Source: Eledone cirrhosa
Taxonomy: Eukaryota
Direction of reading: 5' to 3'
Assembly: GCA_964016885.1 (NCBI GenBank)
Contig: OZ024743.1
Location: 73,408,001-73,472,000, forward strand
Length of the DNA stretch: 64,000 nucleotides
Numbering within the stretch: position 1 is the first letter of the stretch; each line of letters opens with the position of its first letter. The translations under genes were made by a program, and so were the position numbers. Below the pieces are notes generated by a model. It made no database searches and was not told where the DNA came from. It was given only the letters and a program-made list of their open reading frames with translations. Below, in pieces: positions 1-13,920 of the stretch.

Positions 1-615
<615 letters not shown>

Positions 616-1277
616 TATACGAGGGGGTGGTTTTCTATTTGCTATATATACACATATATAATTATTATGAGGTGCTAACCGACCAGGGACGTGCAGACTG
701 CATATGACCATCGACCTTTTAATGCTATATATATTTGTGTGTGTGTATGTCTGTCTGTATGTGTGTGCATGTGTGTGTGTGTGTATGTGTGTCTGTCTGT
801 CGGTTTGCATGTGTGTGTGTGTATGTATGCGTGTGTGTATTGCTACATTCCGTTTCCATTTCTTTAAAAGTTATATTGGTTACTTATTTCTAGAAATATA
901 ACAGTAATACCATACATTAGCTACATGATTAAGCTCTTATTTTTCACTCTTATATTATATAGAAAGCAGTCACTTTATATTTCCATTATCCTTTACGCAT
1001 TTTTCCACAGATTAATTTACCTATTTTTGTGATTTTTCTTTTAAATTATATAAATACTATCTTATAAATATATTCCTCGGCATGCTATGTTTATTTTTTA
1101 TTGACAAGTTGCATATTCTAAAATGTTATATACATACACATAGAAATATGCTTGTGAAATATGCCTGTGTGTATTTTTATGTGTAAGTTTATGTATATGC
1201 ATGTATTTATATTCGAAGAGGATAATGTATGTGGATATTTATTGTTTGTTCCTATGTATATATATATATATATATCC

Positions 1278-1668
1278 GGGAGAGATGACCCCTTAGCCTT
1301 TGTCAAGGCAGAATTCTAGGAGAAGGAAAACTCTGATATAACACCTGCAACCCTGATGGTATCCAATGATGTTGACTTGTTCTTCTTTTTGGTAAATATC
1401 ATCTTGGTTAAGAGAGTGGGACTGGCTTTGTGCAGTGCCTTTGCTCACTATAAAAGCTTCACGGCACAGGCATTGCTTTATATCTGGAGATCTCTCTGCA
1501 TTTGTCGTCACATGGTACCATGGGCCCAGCACTATGTGTCAATAATTGTCACAAGTGTAGTGTTTGTACCAGAGCTTTCAAGTCGCTGGCTGGACTAAAA
1601 AGTCACACTCGTTCAGCGCATCAGTAGGGGTTCTCCTACATGGATATAAAGTAGTGGTCGTACTCGAA
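1278..1668 (+). mobile_element. ~390-bp interspersed repeat, probably a non-autonomous RTE-derived element (copy 1)
   Basis: Near-identical copy at 3108-3518 and a diverged inverted relative at ~12195-12480. Contains CTAGGAGAAGGAAAACTCTGA, reminiscent of RTE 5'UTRs. Flanked by (TA)n. Confidence 0.55.
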
Positions 1669-1845
1669 AACGAGTTGGCAGCCACCATATATATATATAT
1701 ATATATATATGTATGTCTGTATATATATATATATATATATATGTATGTCTGTATATATATATATATATATATGTCTGTATATATATATATATATATATAT
1801 GTATGTCTGTATATATATATATATATATATATGTATGTCTGTATG

Positions 1846-1876
<31 letters not shown>

Positions 1877-2251
1877 CTGTATATATATATATATGTATGT
1901 CTGTATATATATATATATGTATGTCTGTATATATATATGTATGTCTGTATATATATGTATATATATATGTATGTCTGTATATATATGTATATATATATGT
2001 ATGTCTGTATATATATATGTATATATATATGTATGTCTGTATATATATGTATATATATATGTATGTCTGTATATATATGTATATATATATGTATGTCTGT
2101 ATATATATGTATATATATATGTATGTCTGTATATATATGTATATATGTATGTCTGTATATATATGTATATATATATGTATGTCTGTATATATATGTATAT
2201 ATATATGTATGTCTGTATATATATGTATATATATATATATATATATGTATG

Positions 2252-2294
<43 letters not shown>

Positions 2295-2301
2295 CTGTGT
2301 A

Positions 2302-2336
<35 letters not shown>
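1668..2336. repeat. Compound (TA)n/GTATGTCT microsatellite-minisatellite
   Basis: Direct inspection: repeated ATGTATGTCTGT units interspersed with (TA)n. Confidence 0.95.
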
Positions 2337-2341
<5 letters not shown>

Positions 2342-2344
2342 ATA

Positions 2345-2648
2345 TTAATAAATGGAAACTATATTTGTAAAGCCATAATTGTTTTATTATATAGATTTCA
2401 AGGGCAACCAAGGCAAGTTTTGGTGCGCTTTCATCTGATAAGGTGCAAATATTTTTTATAAATATTGACACACCCGCATAAAGACAACCTTAACGGTTGA
2501 AGTTCACTGGATAGTCCAGCGAACCTCAACCGAATGTCAATATTTATAAAACATATTTGTGTTTTGTCTGATGAAGGCGCACCAAAATTTGCCTTGAAAT
2601 ATATATAATAAAGTAATTATGGTTTTGTAAATATGGTTTCCATTTATT
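2345..2648. mobile_element. Fold-back element with hammerhead motifs in both arms (Penelope pLTR-like)
   Basis: Imperfect inverted repeat AATAAATGGAAAC...GTTTCCATTTATT. Same family as 5462-5747, 20984-21085 and 47140-47265. Confidence 0.7.
2562..2612 (+). ncRNA. Minimal type I hammerhead ribozyme motif
   Basis: UUUGU-CUGAUGA-AGGCG...UGCCU-U-GAAA-UAUAUA-UA/AUAAA. Confidence 0.7.
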
Positions 2649-2923
2649 GGTGGATTGGCAGTATCGGTAGAGGGTCGGACACCATGTTAGGGTGGTGGAT
2701 TGGCAGTATCGGTAGAGGGTCGGACACCATGTTAGGGTGGTGGATTGGCAGTATCGGTAGAGGGTCGGACACCATGCTTTCCAGCATAGTTACGTCCCTT
2801 TACGATCTGAGTTCAAATCCCGCCGAGGTTGACTTTGCCTTTCATCCTTACGGGGTCGATAAAATAAAGTACCAGTAATGCACTGGGTAATTGCTGGCCT
2901 TGTGCCTAAAGTAGAAACAATTA
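2649..2923 (+). mobile_element. tRNA-derived SINE with Deu/Nin-like domain and triplicated 45-bp head
   Basis: A-box-like TGGCAGTATCGG, B-box GTTCAAATCC, central GCCTTTCATCCTTACGGGGTCGATAAAATAAAGTACCAG. About 10 copies in the window. Confidence 0.85.
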
Positions 2924-3070
2924 ATATATTGAATATTTATTCCAATTCTTGTTGAGTGCTTTATATCAGTTATAAAAATGTTTAAGCTTGTTGAATCCCA
3001 ACAAATTAAATATAACTTCTGCATATATATATATGTGTATGTGTGTGTACGTATGTGTATGTGTGTGTAC

Positions 3071-3107
<37 letters not shown>

Positions 3108-3110
<3 letters not shown>

Positions 3111-3515
3111 GAGAGATGACCCCTTTGCCTTTGTCAAGGCAGAATTCTAGGAGAAGGAAAACTCTGATATAACACCTGCAACTCTGATGGTATCCAATGA
3201 TGTTGACTTGTTCTTCTTTTTGGTAAATATCATCTTGGTTAAGAGAGTGGGACTGGCTTTGTGCAGTGCCTTTGCTCACTATAAAAGCTTCACGGCACAG
3301 GCATTGCTTTATATCTGGAGATCTCCCTGCACTTGTCGTCACATGATACCATGGGCCCAGCACTAAGTGTCAATAATTGTCACAAGTGTAGTGTTTGTAC
3401 CAGAGTTTTCAAGTCGCTGGCTGGACTAAAAAGTCACACTCGTTCAGCGCATCGGTAGGGGTTCTCCTACATGGATATAAAGTAGTGGCCGTACTCGAAA
3501 ACGAGTTGGCAGCCA

Positions 3516-3518
<3 letters not shown>
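3108..3518 (+). mobile_element. ~390-bp interspersed repeat (copy 2)
   Basis: Near-identical to 1278-1668. Confidence 0.6.
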
Positions 3519-3560
<42 letters not shown>

Positions 3561-3563
<3 letters not shown>

Positions 3564-3840
3564 ATAATAATAAATTTGAAGACTAAAATCCAAAGAGGGC
3601 TCGATAAGGATAAATATATATCAAATATATAAGAACCGTAGAGCAAATATTTATTAAAATAACAGATTAAAGTTTAAGCAAAGAATCGCTGCTTTCACCC
3701 TTAATGGGATCTTCTGAAACTAACAAAGTCAATCTGTAAACGCAGAAGTGGCTATTTCAAAAAACGTTGCAACCGGAGGAAGACAGGAAGAGGATACTTT
3801 GGTTCGTGGAAACGTTCCCTGGCAAAGAACGGGAAAATAA
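3561..3840 (-). mobile_element. Penelope pLTR-like terminal repeat carrying a CAGAAGA-core hammerhead-like motif (3671-3721)
   Basis: Same family at 46048-46245, 47285-47700 and 49285-49410. Confidence 0.6.
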
Positions 3841-3849
3841 ATATATATA

Positions 3850-4240
3850 TAGGAACAAGAGTCTAAATTTAGTTCGTTTGTTCTACAAAGCTACAGTCTC
3901 GCTAGTTACAACCAACAATATGACGAGCAGAGAAAGATATTTGAGTATGATAAAAGAACGGTTTAAACAACGGTTGTATTCCTAATTTCACGGTATGTGA
4001 ATTTAGGACAGCCACATCACTCTCAAATGGAGTATGGGAATTGAATAATAAAGGTAACCATATATGATTAATTGGAACATCCTGGATGTCTCATACCCGT
4101 ACATGAAAGGACAAAGGGGTTTTCACTATAATTAAGGGAAATATTAAAGGTATTACAGGTACAGAAATCATCGGATAAATACCTAAGCACAGAAAACGAA
4201 TTATGTAGATGATGCTCGAATATACGATTACATCTCATAG
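3850..4240 (+). pseudogene. Decayed Penelope-like GIY-YIG endonuclease fragment
   Basis: ...LFYKATV...RYLSMIKERFKQRLYS...ATSLSNGVWELNNK matches the VY..V/YIG.T..FK.R/T.LS..VW.L pattern of PLE endonucleases. Confidence 0.55.
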
Positions 4241-4399
4241 GATGGAAGAATATATGCCAGGACAGACAACACATCACTATCTTACACCCTAGTCCACAAA
4301 ATTGGTCTCAGGTCTACACATACACAACACTTATCCAGATACGGTTAAATACAATAAACTATATAAATATCATACACATAAATACACCCACAAACACAT

Positions 4400-4481
<82 letters not shown>

Positions 4482-4506
4482 ATATATATATATAAATATA
4501 TATATA

Positions 4507-4655
<149 letters not shown>

Positions 4656-4761
4656 GGTTCGATCATCGCATCGATCTTGCCTCGAGCTGGTCGCCAGAGA
4701 AACGATTGTAATATGTCTAATAAATTCTAATTCGTCGCAACACTGATTCTCCGTTCCTTAT

Positions 4762-4807
<46 letters not shown>

Positions 4808-4808
<1 letters not shown>

Positions 4809-4978
4809 TGGGAAATGTGTGAGATCCTTGGTACAGTTAGGTTTATTTGAAAAACAGGAAAAGAATGACTTCACTTGTGTTAAAAAATATTTGATTTAAT
4901 TTTATAATATTATAATATTATAAAATTAAATCAAAAATGTTTAACACTACAAGTGAAGTCATTCTTTTCCTTACTTTC

Positions 4979-5023
<45 letters not shown>

Positions 5024-5330
5024 TATAAATGAGAGATAAACACAGATATATACATATATGTGTTAAAATCGTAACGGACCAGATTCGCTAGGGTGAAAAA
5101 AAATACTATGGACAATATGGTTTGCCAGACTCAATTTAAAATAATAAATCAAGAAGAGAAAAGAAATACAGACCGATCTTGGGGCAAATATTTGACACAT
5201 ATATGTATTTATCTGTGTTTATCTCTCTTTTATATTCAATTATATTACCCGGCTTGGAAAAATCTCTTTCTTTGAGCTATTTCATTGTAAGAGACTATTT
5301 TGAGTTTATAACTCAATATATACCTTTGAC
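4808..5330. repeat. Local duplication unit (second copy 6008-6585, partial inverted copy 7495-7632) containing internal inverted repeats
   Basis: Near-identical blocks. Hairpins at 4850-4980 and 5025-5235. Confidence 0.85.
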
Positions 5331-5336
5331 ATATAT

Positions 5337-5371
<35 letters not shown>

Positions 5372-5461
5372 CATGTAAAGTTATATTTAAAATTGTTGGG
5401 TTACAACTAGTAAATATTTATAACTGATATAAAAGCACTCGACAAATACTTGGAGTATATT

Positions 5462-5741
5462 TACAATATTAAATAAATGGAAAACTATATTTATAAAACC
5501 ATATTTATTTCATTATATATATTTCGGGGATATCATATTAACAATATGCTATGCCTTCATCAGACAAAATACAATATAAACAGTTTTATAGATAAATATA
5601 TTCGCGAATATATTTATCTATAAAACTGTTTATATTGTATTTTGTCTGATGAAGGCATAGCATATTGTTAATATGATATCCCCGAAATATATATAATGAA
5701 ATAAATATGGTTTTATAAATATAGTTTTCCATTTATTAAAT

Positions 5742-5747
<6 letters not shown>
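5462..5747. mobile_element. Near-perfect 286-bp palindrome with two diverging hammerhead motifs (5508-5569 minus, 5640-5701 plus)
   Basis: Centre TTCG|CGAA at 5604/5605. Motif UUUUGU-CUGAUGA-stemII-GAAA-UAUAUA-UA/AUGAAA. Confidence 0.8.
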
Positions 5748-5802
<55 letters not shown>

Positions 5803-5826
5803 TCTTTTTCATTATTTTTATTAATT

Positions 5827-5878
<52 letters not shown>

Positions 5879-5974
5879 CATATATATATATTTACATATA
5901 TATATACGTATTTACATACATATATATTTATTTATATAGAGAGAAAGAGATATATAGATATATTTAACTATATC

Positions 5975-6008
<34 letters not shown>

Positions 6009-6179
6009 CTGTGAAATGTGTGAGATCCTTGGTACAGTTAGGTTTATTTGAAAAACAGGAAAAGAATGACTTCACTTGTGTTAAAAAATATTTTATTTTA
6101 TTTTATAATGTTATAATATTATAAAATTAAATCAAAAATATTTTAACACTACAAGTGAAGTCATTCTTTTCCTTATTTT

Positions 6180-6286
<107 letters not shown>

Positions 6287-6581
6287 GAGAGATAAACACA
6301 GATATATACATATATGTGTTAAAATCGTAACGGACCAGATTCGCTAGGGTGAAAAAAAATAGTATGGACAATATGGTTTGCCAGACTCAATTTAAAATAA
6401 TAAATCAAGAAGAGAAAAGAAATACAGACCGATCTTGGGGCAAATATTTGACACATATATGTATTTATCTGCGTTTATCTCTCTTTTATATTCAATTATA
6501 TTACCCGGCTTGGAAAAATCTCTTTCTTTGAGCTATTTAATTGTAAGAGACTATTTTGAGTTATAACTCAATATATACCTT

Positions 6582-6646
<65 letters not shown>

Positions 6647-6724
6647 TAGTTAAATATATCTATATATCTCTTTCTCTCTATATAAATAATTATATATGTA
6701 TGTAAATACATATATATATATATG

Positions 6725-6784
<60 letters not shown>

Positions 6785-6786
6785 TA

Positions 6787-6851
<65 letters not shown>

Positions 6852-6853
<2 letters not shown>

Positions 6854-6912
6854 AGGGCGGTGCCCCAGCATGGCCTCAGCCGGATGGCTGAAACAGGTAA
6901 AAGAGTAAAAGA

Positions 6913-6914
<2 letters not shown>
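6852..6914 (+). mobile_element. SINE 3'-end fragment (also 8277-8322)
   Basis: GGCGGTGCCCCAGCATGGCC...GAAACAGGTAAAAGAGTAAAAGAG occurs twice and resembles an octopus SINE tail. Confidence 0.5.
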
Positions 6915-6956
<42 letters not shown>

Positions 6957-7448
6957 TATGAAGAGAGAAGAAACATTTAGATATAATTAGTAATAAAATG
7001 TATCATACCCAAACTGCTCCTAGATTCCTCGACTACGTAGTTTCGTGGCATAAAGAAAAACAATACATCATAAAGATATAGAGTCCTTGCGAGGTCTGCC
7101 GACTTATCAAGAGGATACCTCATTTTACTAGCTTCAAGAACGCGTCTACACGACGTGAGAAAGAATCCCAAAAGGCGGAGGGGGAGATAGTCACGCGATA
7201 TAACGGTCGAGAAACAGAGCTAAGCCTCTTATAACCCCGAAGAAAATACCACGGAGGCGGAGGGGGTATTTATATCGAAGCCGTAGAAGAGGTGGTGAAG
7301 GGGGCGAGAAGTATGAGTAATGGCAGCTTTCCAGCAGTCACCACACTTCAAAGATTACTCGACCAGAGGGAGTTATGAACAATATATTTAGAAACACACA
7401 GATGTATATGTGTGTGTCCGCATGTATCTGTGTGTTTCTAAATATATT

Positions 7449-7498
<50 letters not shown>

Positions 7499-7631
7499 AA
7501 GGTATATATTGAGTTATAAACTCAAAATAGTCTCTTACAATTAAATAGCTCAAAGAAAGAGATTTTTCCAAGCCGGGTAATATAATTGAATATAAAAGAG
7601 AGATAAACGCAGATAAATACATATATGTGTT

Positions 7632-7676
<45 letters not shown>

Positions 7677-8596
7677 TATAAACATATAATTATATATATA
7701 TGTCTGAAAAATTGTAAGTGAAATTGTGTTTTCCTTAATTATATGTTTTTCTTGCTATGTTCTTCATCTTAATATACGATATATTATTATACCTAAATAT
7801 AATTTGTATAAATGAAGCTCTGTGAAATATAATGTTTTGCCTGTATAATGTATTTCAGCTATTTACGCTATAATACGATGGAAATAATTATAGATATATA
7901 TATTCTTTGGAAAGGTCATGGTGCCAATAAAAACACATCATCTGTTGGTTTTCACTTCAATTTATTTCAAATTTCCAATTGGTTGGTCTAATAACCGGAT
8001 GGCTGTCTATTTGTTTATTGGAAAAATCTTTCGGCACACATTCTGTGACCTCCTCAGTGACAAATATGTGTCTCTTCTTTGTACATAATATATAACTACA
8101 AATATTAATTTACACACACACATATATACATGAGTATATATTGAAATAGCCAGAGCTCAGCCGTCAGGCCCCGACTCTTTATAACATCGCCATACACTTC
8201 TACTACACTAAGTATCGAGTACTCTGTTGAGTAATGGTCTCATTAGTTGTAAACTGGTTCTATCCTGGTTTATATACATGGCCTCAGCTGGATGGCTGGA
8301 ACAGGTAAAAGTGTAAAAGAGTATATATGTGTGTGTGAGTTTGTGTGTGTGTATGTGTACGTATGTATATATAGTACATCATTATAACCTCCATTTCACA
8401 TGAGATCTTATGTGAATAACGTCGTCCAACTAGATATTGCTCGAAAGATCAACAACACTAGCAAATATACGTTCTTCTGCGCTTATGCTAGAGTAGGCTT
8501 TGAAACCTTAGGTAGCATGCAGTTTGTTGAGAATTTGTATATATTTAAGCTCTGAACTTTCGCACTATTTCTTCTTTACTGAAACTCTTTACACAC

Positions 8597-8673
<77 letters not shown>

Positions 8674-8925
8674 GGTGTGTGTATATACATATATACATAT
8701 ATATATATATCAGATAGGGTGCTGTATAAACCTGCTAGAGCATAACCCACCACAGTACTCGATACTTTAAAGTTTTTTTGTTGTTTTTTTCATAAACTGT
8801 CTGCCCATATATAATAGACTATACCCCTTGAGGAGTTCAGCTAGATTCCCGCCGCTCGAATACTGGTGCTTTAGTACGGATCTAGATTTTGAAACGGCCG
8901 GAGCTCAGCCGTCTTGAATATTTTC

Positions 8926-8957
<32 letters not shown>

Positions 8958-9149
8958 ATGTATATATATACATTTATAATCTTCTCTGGCTTCTTAAAAT
9001 TCTCTACCAGATTCATCGTCTTAATCGCATTCATTCTCAGCTCCACACTCATCGACACAGTCTCCGCCCCCATCAAATCCTGTGCCTCCTTCACTGTGTT
9101 TGTCACCAGAAATATGTTGATGTCCTAAGGACAGTCACTAGTCTCTTGC

Positions 9150-9780
9150 AGACGTAGGACATGGCAGTGATAATGAGGGACCGCTGTTAAGCAGCATTCC
9201 ATCGTACATTAAGATATGCAGTAGTTCTAAATTACAAAGCCCACAGTGGGACATACCGTTGCTGTATGCTTTTGCTACCGATAATTTTGACCAAATGTTC
9301 TAGGTTTTTGTCCTTAAGCTGCCAGATTTTAGTGGCGAGCGTCGTAGAGTTCTCCAGTGCACGGTTATTCAAGGAGTGTATGTGGACGTACCACATTTTC
9401 TTGAACTCCCGAGCCGTGGAACCTATGTAGTGCCAAATAGAATTGCCTGAATTCACAGTACATAGGTATACCATACTCGAATTCAGGCATCTATTCCGTA
9501 GAGGGCACTTATCTGGTAGGTGGCAATTATAATTTGAGGTTTTATTTTGTGCAGGTTCATCGTTGCGGTTTTGTAAGTTGTTGTGGGTGGGTTGTGATTT
9601 AGGCCTATGTTTTGTTGTCATGCGTTCTGATACTTTTGTGGTTGTGATGTTTTTATGTGTTTTTGTTTTGTATTTGGTGCTATGGTGCGTGTTGGTAGGT
9701 TAATTTCTTTAGAGATATTTTTGTGGTTGATCTTACGTATGTGTGATTCTATGTTGGCTGCAGTAGAGTTCTATATTGGC
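9150..9780 (-). pseudogene. Penelope-like element fragment: GIY-YIG endonuclease region
   Basis: ORF 9232-9621: NCHLPDKCPLRNRCLNSSMVYLCTV...YIGSTAREFKKMWYVH...NSTTLATKIWQLK. Confidence 0.75.
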
Positions 9781-9985
9781 TGCAGTAGAATTCGTAATGA
9801 CGCAACCTCAAGCGATTAGCGAACTCTAGACTCACCTGATCAACGAAACAATTGTCAGTACTTTAAATAAAGCCTTTATTGTACAGCCAACCATGTTACT
9901 CTTCATTCTTTAACTATATATATATATATATATAAATATATATGTAAATGCGTCAGCATATACATATATACATACACACACACAC

Positions 9986-10051
<66 letters not shown>

Positions 10052-10247
10052 TGATGCATGTACATATATACATACACACACACATACATATATATATACA
10101 CACACAGAGAGATGTGGGGGGGGGGTAAATGAGGAAGATTCTTTACCAATAGGTTGCTAGTCTTTATGTTTACCATTCAGAATATAATTGGCGACACTGT
10201 GAGGGAAGACTTCAACAACGATAATTAGGAGCTATTCTTTATATTTA

Positions 10248-10405
10248 GGGCGGTGGATTGGCAGTATTGGTAGAGGGTCGGACGCCATTCTGAGTTCAAA
10301 TGCCGCCGAGGTTAACTTTGCCTTTCATCCTTACAGGGTCGATAAAATAAAGTACCAGTAATGCACTGGGTAATTGCTGGCCTTGTGCCAAACGTAGAAA
10401 CAATT
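10248..10405 (+). mobile_element. Deu/Nin-like tRNA-derived SINE
   Basis: Same sequence as 2739-2923. Confidence 0.85.
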
Positions 10406-10416
10406 CTTTATATTTT

Positions 10417-10702
10417 GTTTTATTATAATATTTTATTATTATAATATTTTATTATAATATTTTATTAAAATATTTTATTATAATATTTTATTATAACATT
10501 TTATTATATTGTATTATAATATGTTATTATAATATTTTATTAAAATATTTTATTATAATATTTTATTATAACATTTTATTATATTGTATTATAATATGTT
10601 ATTATAATATGTTATTATAATATTTTATTATAATATTTTATTATAATATTTTATTATAATATTTTATTATAATATTTTATTATAATATTTTATTATAATA
10701 TT
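10417..10702. repeat. 13-bp AT-only minisatellite (TATTTTATTATAA)n
   Basis: About 21 tandem units. Confidence 0.9.
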
Positions 10703-11562
10703 CATTTAATTAGTAGTTTGTTTCGTCTGTGTATTAACTTGTTTTATCTTTCATTAATATTCAATATCCTACTTTAACTTCTGTTAACTCACAAAACCCG
10801 AATATTTATTGAAACATTTGCTTGTGTTTGTTTTGTTGTTATTTTCTTTTTTCCTTAATTGTTTTTATTCATCTTACATTATTATCAGAACTAAGCTCAC
10901 TTCCAACACGTGTCCTTCACCATCCTCCTGGGAAATGCGTTCTCTATTCTGTCCGCAGGATCCGAGGGGCGGCCAGCATGAGGCTCGCATTTACTTATAA
11001 TAGTGAGAGAATGGGGAGAGCGAGAGAGACGAAGGCAGTGACAATGGACATCTAATTCTAATATGTCCACTCCTTGTTAGAACATTTTTGTTTCAGAGCG
11101 TACAACCCCTCTGCAGTGCAATCTCGGCAAGTTATTTGTCATTGTTACTAAACTCACGCAGATTAGTTTTTTAAGGGTGTTCTGCTCACGTAATCGTAAT
11201 TACGGGTCATATTGTGTTCTTCAACAAGTCAGTTCATTTGACCTTACTCCAGTCCACTCAACTGGTAGAAATTAGTTTTACTGGTACCTCAAAGGGCCAA
11301 CATTGTCAAACACTTTATCACGTAGAATACCTTTAAGAATTACATTGAGAACCCACATGTCTGTGGAATGTCGAAACACATCGACGTTAATTTCAAGAAC
11401 AACCTGACCCATTGATAAAAAAAAACTGGAGCACGCATCGTCAATACGAACGGAGGATCATTCAATTTTATAGGAAATATTTACAACCACCACTAATATT
11501 ACTATTAATACTGTTTCCTTTTATTATTCATTTTTAATGTATATTTTCTTTTTACTTTTCAG

Positions 11563-11616
11563 GCACGAAATTTGGCAATGCTGTCTAATCCATATGAATG
11601 GATATTTCATGATCCG
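11563..11616 (+). CDS. Putative host-gene exon (54 bp, phase 0), ionotropic glutamate receptor-like N-terminal domain
   Basis: Polypyrimidine TTTTCTTTTTACTTTTCAG acceptor and CCG|GTAAGT donor. Open frame ARNLAMLSNPYEWIFHDP resembles the A..LGM....Y.WIF motif of iGluR/ANF-receptor amino-terminal domains. Confidence 0.65.
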
Positions 11617-11951
11617 GTAAGTAATTACATTTTACATAGTTAAAATATGGCTCCATACTCCTATACATACATAAATACATGTATAAATACATATATATAC
11701 ATATATATACATATATATATATATTTACAGAGTCGGGTAAGATCGATACAGATCGAACCTTGAGATGATCAGTGGCGACACGCGCGTCACCAACCAATAA
11801 ATGTAATGACGGAGTAACCAATCGTCCTTGTTATCTTTTTACTATAATACACCCTGTCTAGCTCTACACTTCGACATTGAAGTGAACCTAAACATCGAGT
11901 GCTCACCCGGGTGAACCTACAGTAACTCCAAGTTACACTCCCTGGATATAT

Positions 11952-12011
<60 letters not shown>

Positions 12012-12194
12012 ATAGGAAAAGTTCAGGACCCCGACGACAGAGCTCAAGCCGTTTCGACGGCTATTTCTGGGCTAAATTACATTTTTAGCATGGTAATAAA
12101 TACCCGATAATCATGCATTTCTGAAGGTTGTAGCAGTCAAAAGCTGCGTTATGGTCCACCTGGTTCCTTACCACACTTCCTTCGTTATATATAT

Positions 12195-12480
12195 ATGATG
12201 GCTGCCCCTCGTTATCGAGTATGGCCATTGCACAATATACCATTATTAATAATTATCAATTAATAATATCGTGCAATGCCTCTGCCTGAAGACTATTTTT
12301 AAAGTGAGGAAACACTGTGCACTGAGCCAATCCCACTCTCTGAGCGACAGTAGTTATAACCCGAAAAGAAGAAAAGATCAACATCATCGGTAACTACTGA
12401 GCCGCAGGTTTTATGTCGGAGTTATCCCAGTTTCCTGAGTTGCCTTCTAGAAGAATGCCCTGAGAAAGGCTAGGGGTCCT
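12195..12480 (-). mobile_element. Diverged relative of the 1278-1668 repeat
   Basis: Shares GGACCCCTAGCCTTT..., GATGTTGA.CT.TTCTTCTTTT, AGAGAGTGGGA and CTCGA.AACGAG..GGCAGCCA.CAT. Confidence 0.55.
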
Positions 12481-12614
12481 TCACTCCCTGTGGTTTAAAC
12501 GCGCGATCGGGTATCCAGCCCGACTATTTCTATGTCCTCCCGCATATATATACACATGCACACATACATATACATATATACATATATATACATATGTACA
12601 TACACATACATACA

Positions 12615-13065
12615 TTCTTCTTGTGACGCTAAACTCCGCCAGTTGCAGACTGCCCATTAACATGCGATATCTTTCACCACAAAGTTCGATCACCAACAGC
12701 AGAGTTTAAAGAGCAAAGATCAAGTCCAGTCCATAAGTTGACATTGTCAAGCCATCGTTTTGGCTGCCGGTCACTGCTTCTCTACCAGCCAACCTTCCTT
12801 CCAGCCATAACCTACTCACACTACGAGTTTATCTTTTTATATGACCGTATAGTTTGAGTACTCTTGACTTGACAATTGATCTAATTGGTCTAAGTTTGGT
12901 AATGTTGAGCAGCTCACTCATACAGATACGGTCGCTGAGCCGCTTGCCGGTCGTAAGTCTCATGATGTGGTTCTAGAATGTAGAGAGCTTCTGAAGTGAC
13001 CTTGTCGTCCACTTAACACAGTCAAGACCATATAACACAACTGGTAGGATTTAAGTATCAAAGAT
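12615..13065 (-). mobile_element. RTE-clade LINE 3' fragment (decayed)
   Basis: Minus strand reads ...KLSTF*NHIMR...RVLKLYGHIKR...LEGRLAG.../QPKRWLDNV, the RTE C-terminal pattern. Confidence 0.6.
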
Positions 13066-13135
13066 CATACATACATACATATATACATATATACATATAT
13101 ACATATATATGTGTGTGTTTTGTGTGTGTGTGTTT

Positions 13136-13218
<83 letters not shown>

Positions 13219-13700
13219 GCATAGTTCATGTTAGAAATTATGGGGTGTTTAATAAAATGGTATTTTATTTAATTACAGCCTTCTATGTGAAGATGGATAC
13301 ATTGATAGATAGATAGACAGACAGACTGACACACAGACGGATAGATATGTTTCTAGCGAGAGAGTCAGCTAGACAGACAGATACCTAGGTAGAATAAATT
13401 CATAATTTAGTGATTATATGTTTGATATTGATTAACGAAAATATGAAAGTAAATTATTGTAATTGGTACATATTAATGTAAAATGACAAATGGTAGTGAT
13501 CAAACTAACAAGAGGAATAAAACCAGCGAAAATAGAGAAAGCTATCATCTTTACACAGAATGTTGCAATCTAGGAATTATTAAATTGAATAATTTATCAC
13601 TATAAATTCTGTCATTTCTAACGTATACTATGCTAATATATATATATATTTTCTACGGAAATACTATATAAGGTTAACGCTTGATATAGCAAGAAGAGGG

Positions 13701-13736
13701 TCTTAACGTTTCGGGCGTTAGTCCTTCATCAGAAGA
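13701..13736 (-). ncRNA. Minimal hammerhead motif (relatives at 17338-17372, 21843-21880, 54436-54475)
   Basis: UCUU-CUGAUGA-aGGaCuaacGcCC-GAAA-CG-UU/AAGA with palindromic AACGUU stem III. Confidence 0.65.
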
Positions 13737-13920
13737 AAGAATGAGAAATAAGATAGATTGAGGGGACGGGCGGGATGGAATGGGAAAAAATGTCTTTAGA
13801 TAAAAATAACAGGTCCATTCATGTTGACATCTCTTGCAAGACTCTTTACAAAAAAAGTCGGCGGATTATATGATCAACGAACTTTCATCAATTGAATAAT
13901 ATATATATATATATATATAT

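Noticed and set aside
1564-2461. Long YI/CV/HT-rich ORFs here and throughout the ORF track
   Set aside because: Translations of (TA)n, (TG)n and (GA)n microsatellites with no coding signal.
2649-2783. CRISPR-like regularly spaced repeats
   Set aside because: No unique spacers. It is a tandem SINE head in eukaryotic DNA with no cas genes.
2739-2830. tRNA gene
   Set aside because: A and B boxes are present but there is no cloverleaf. It is a SINE head.
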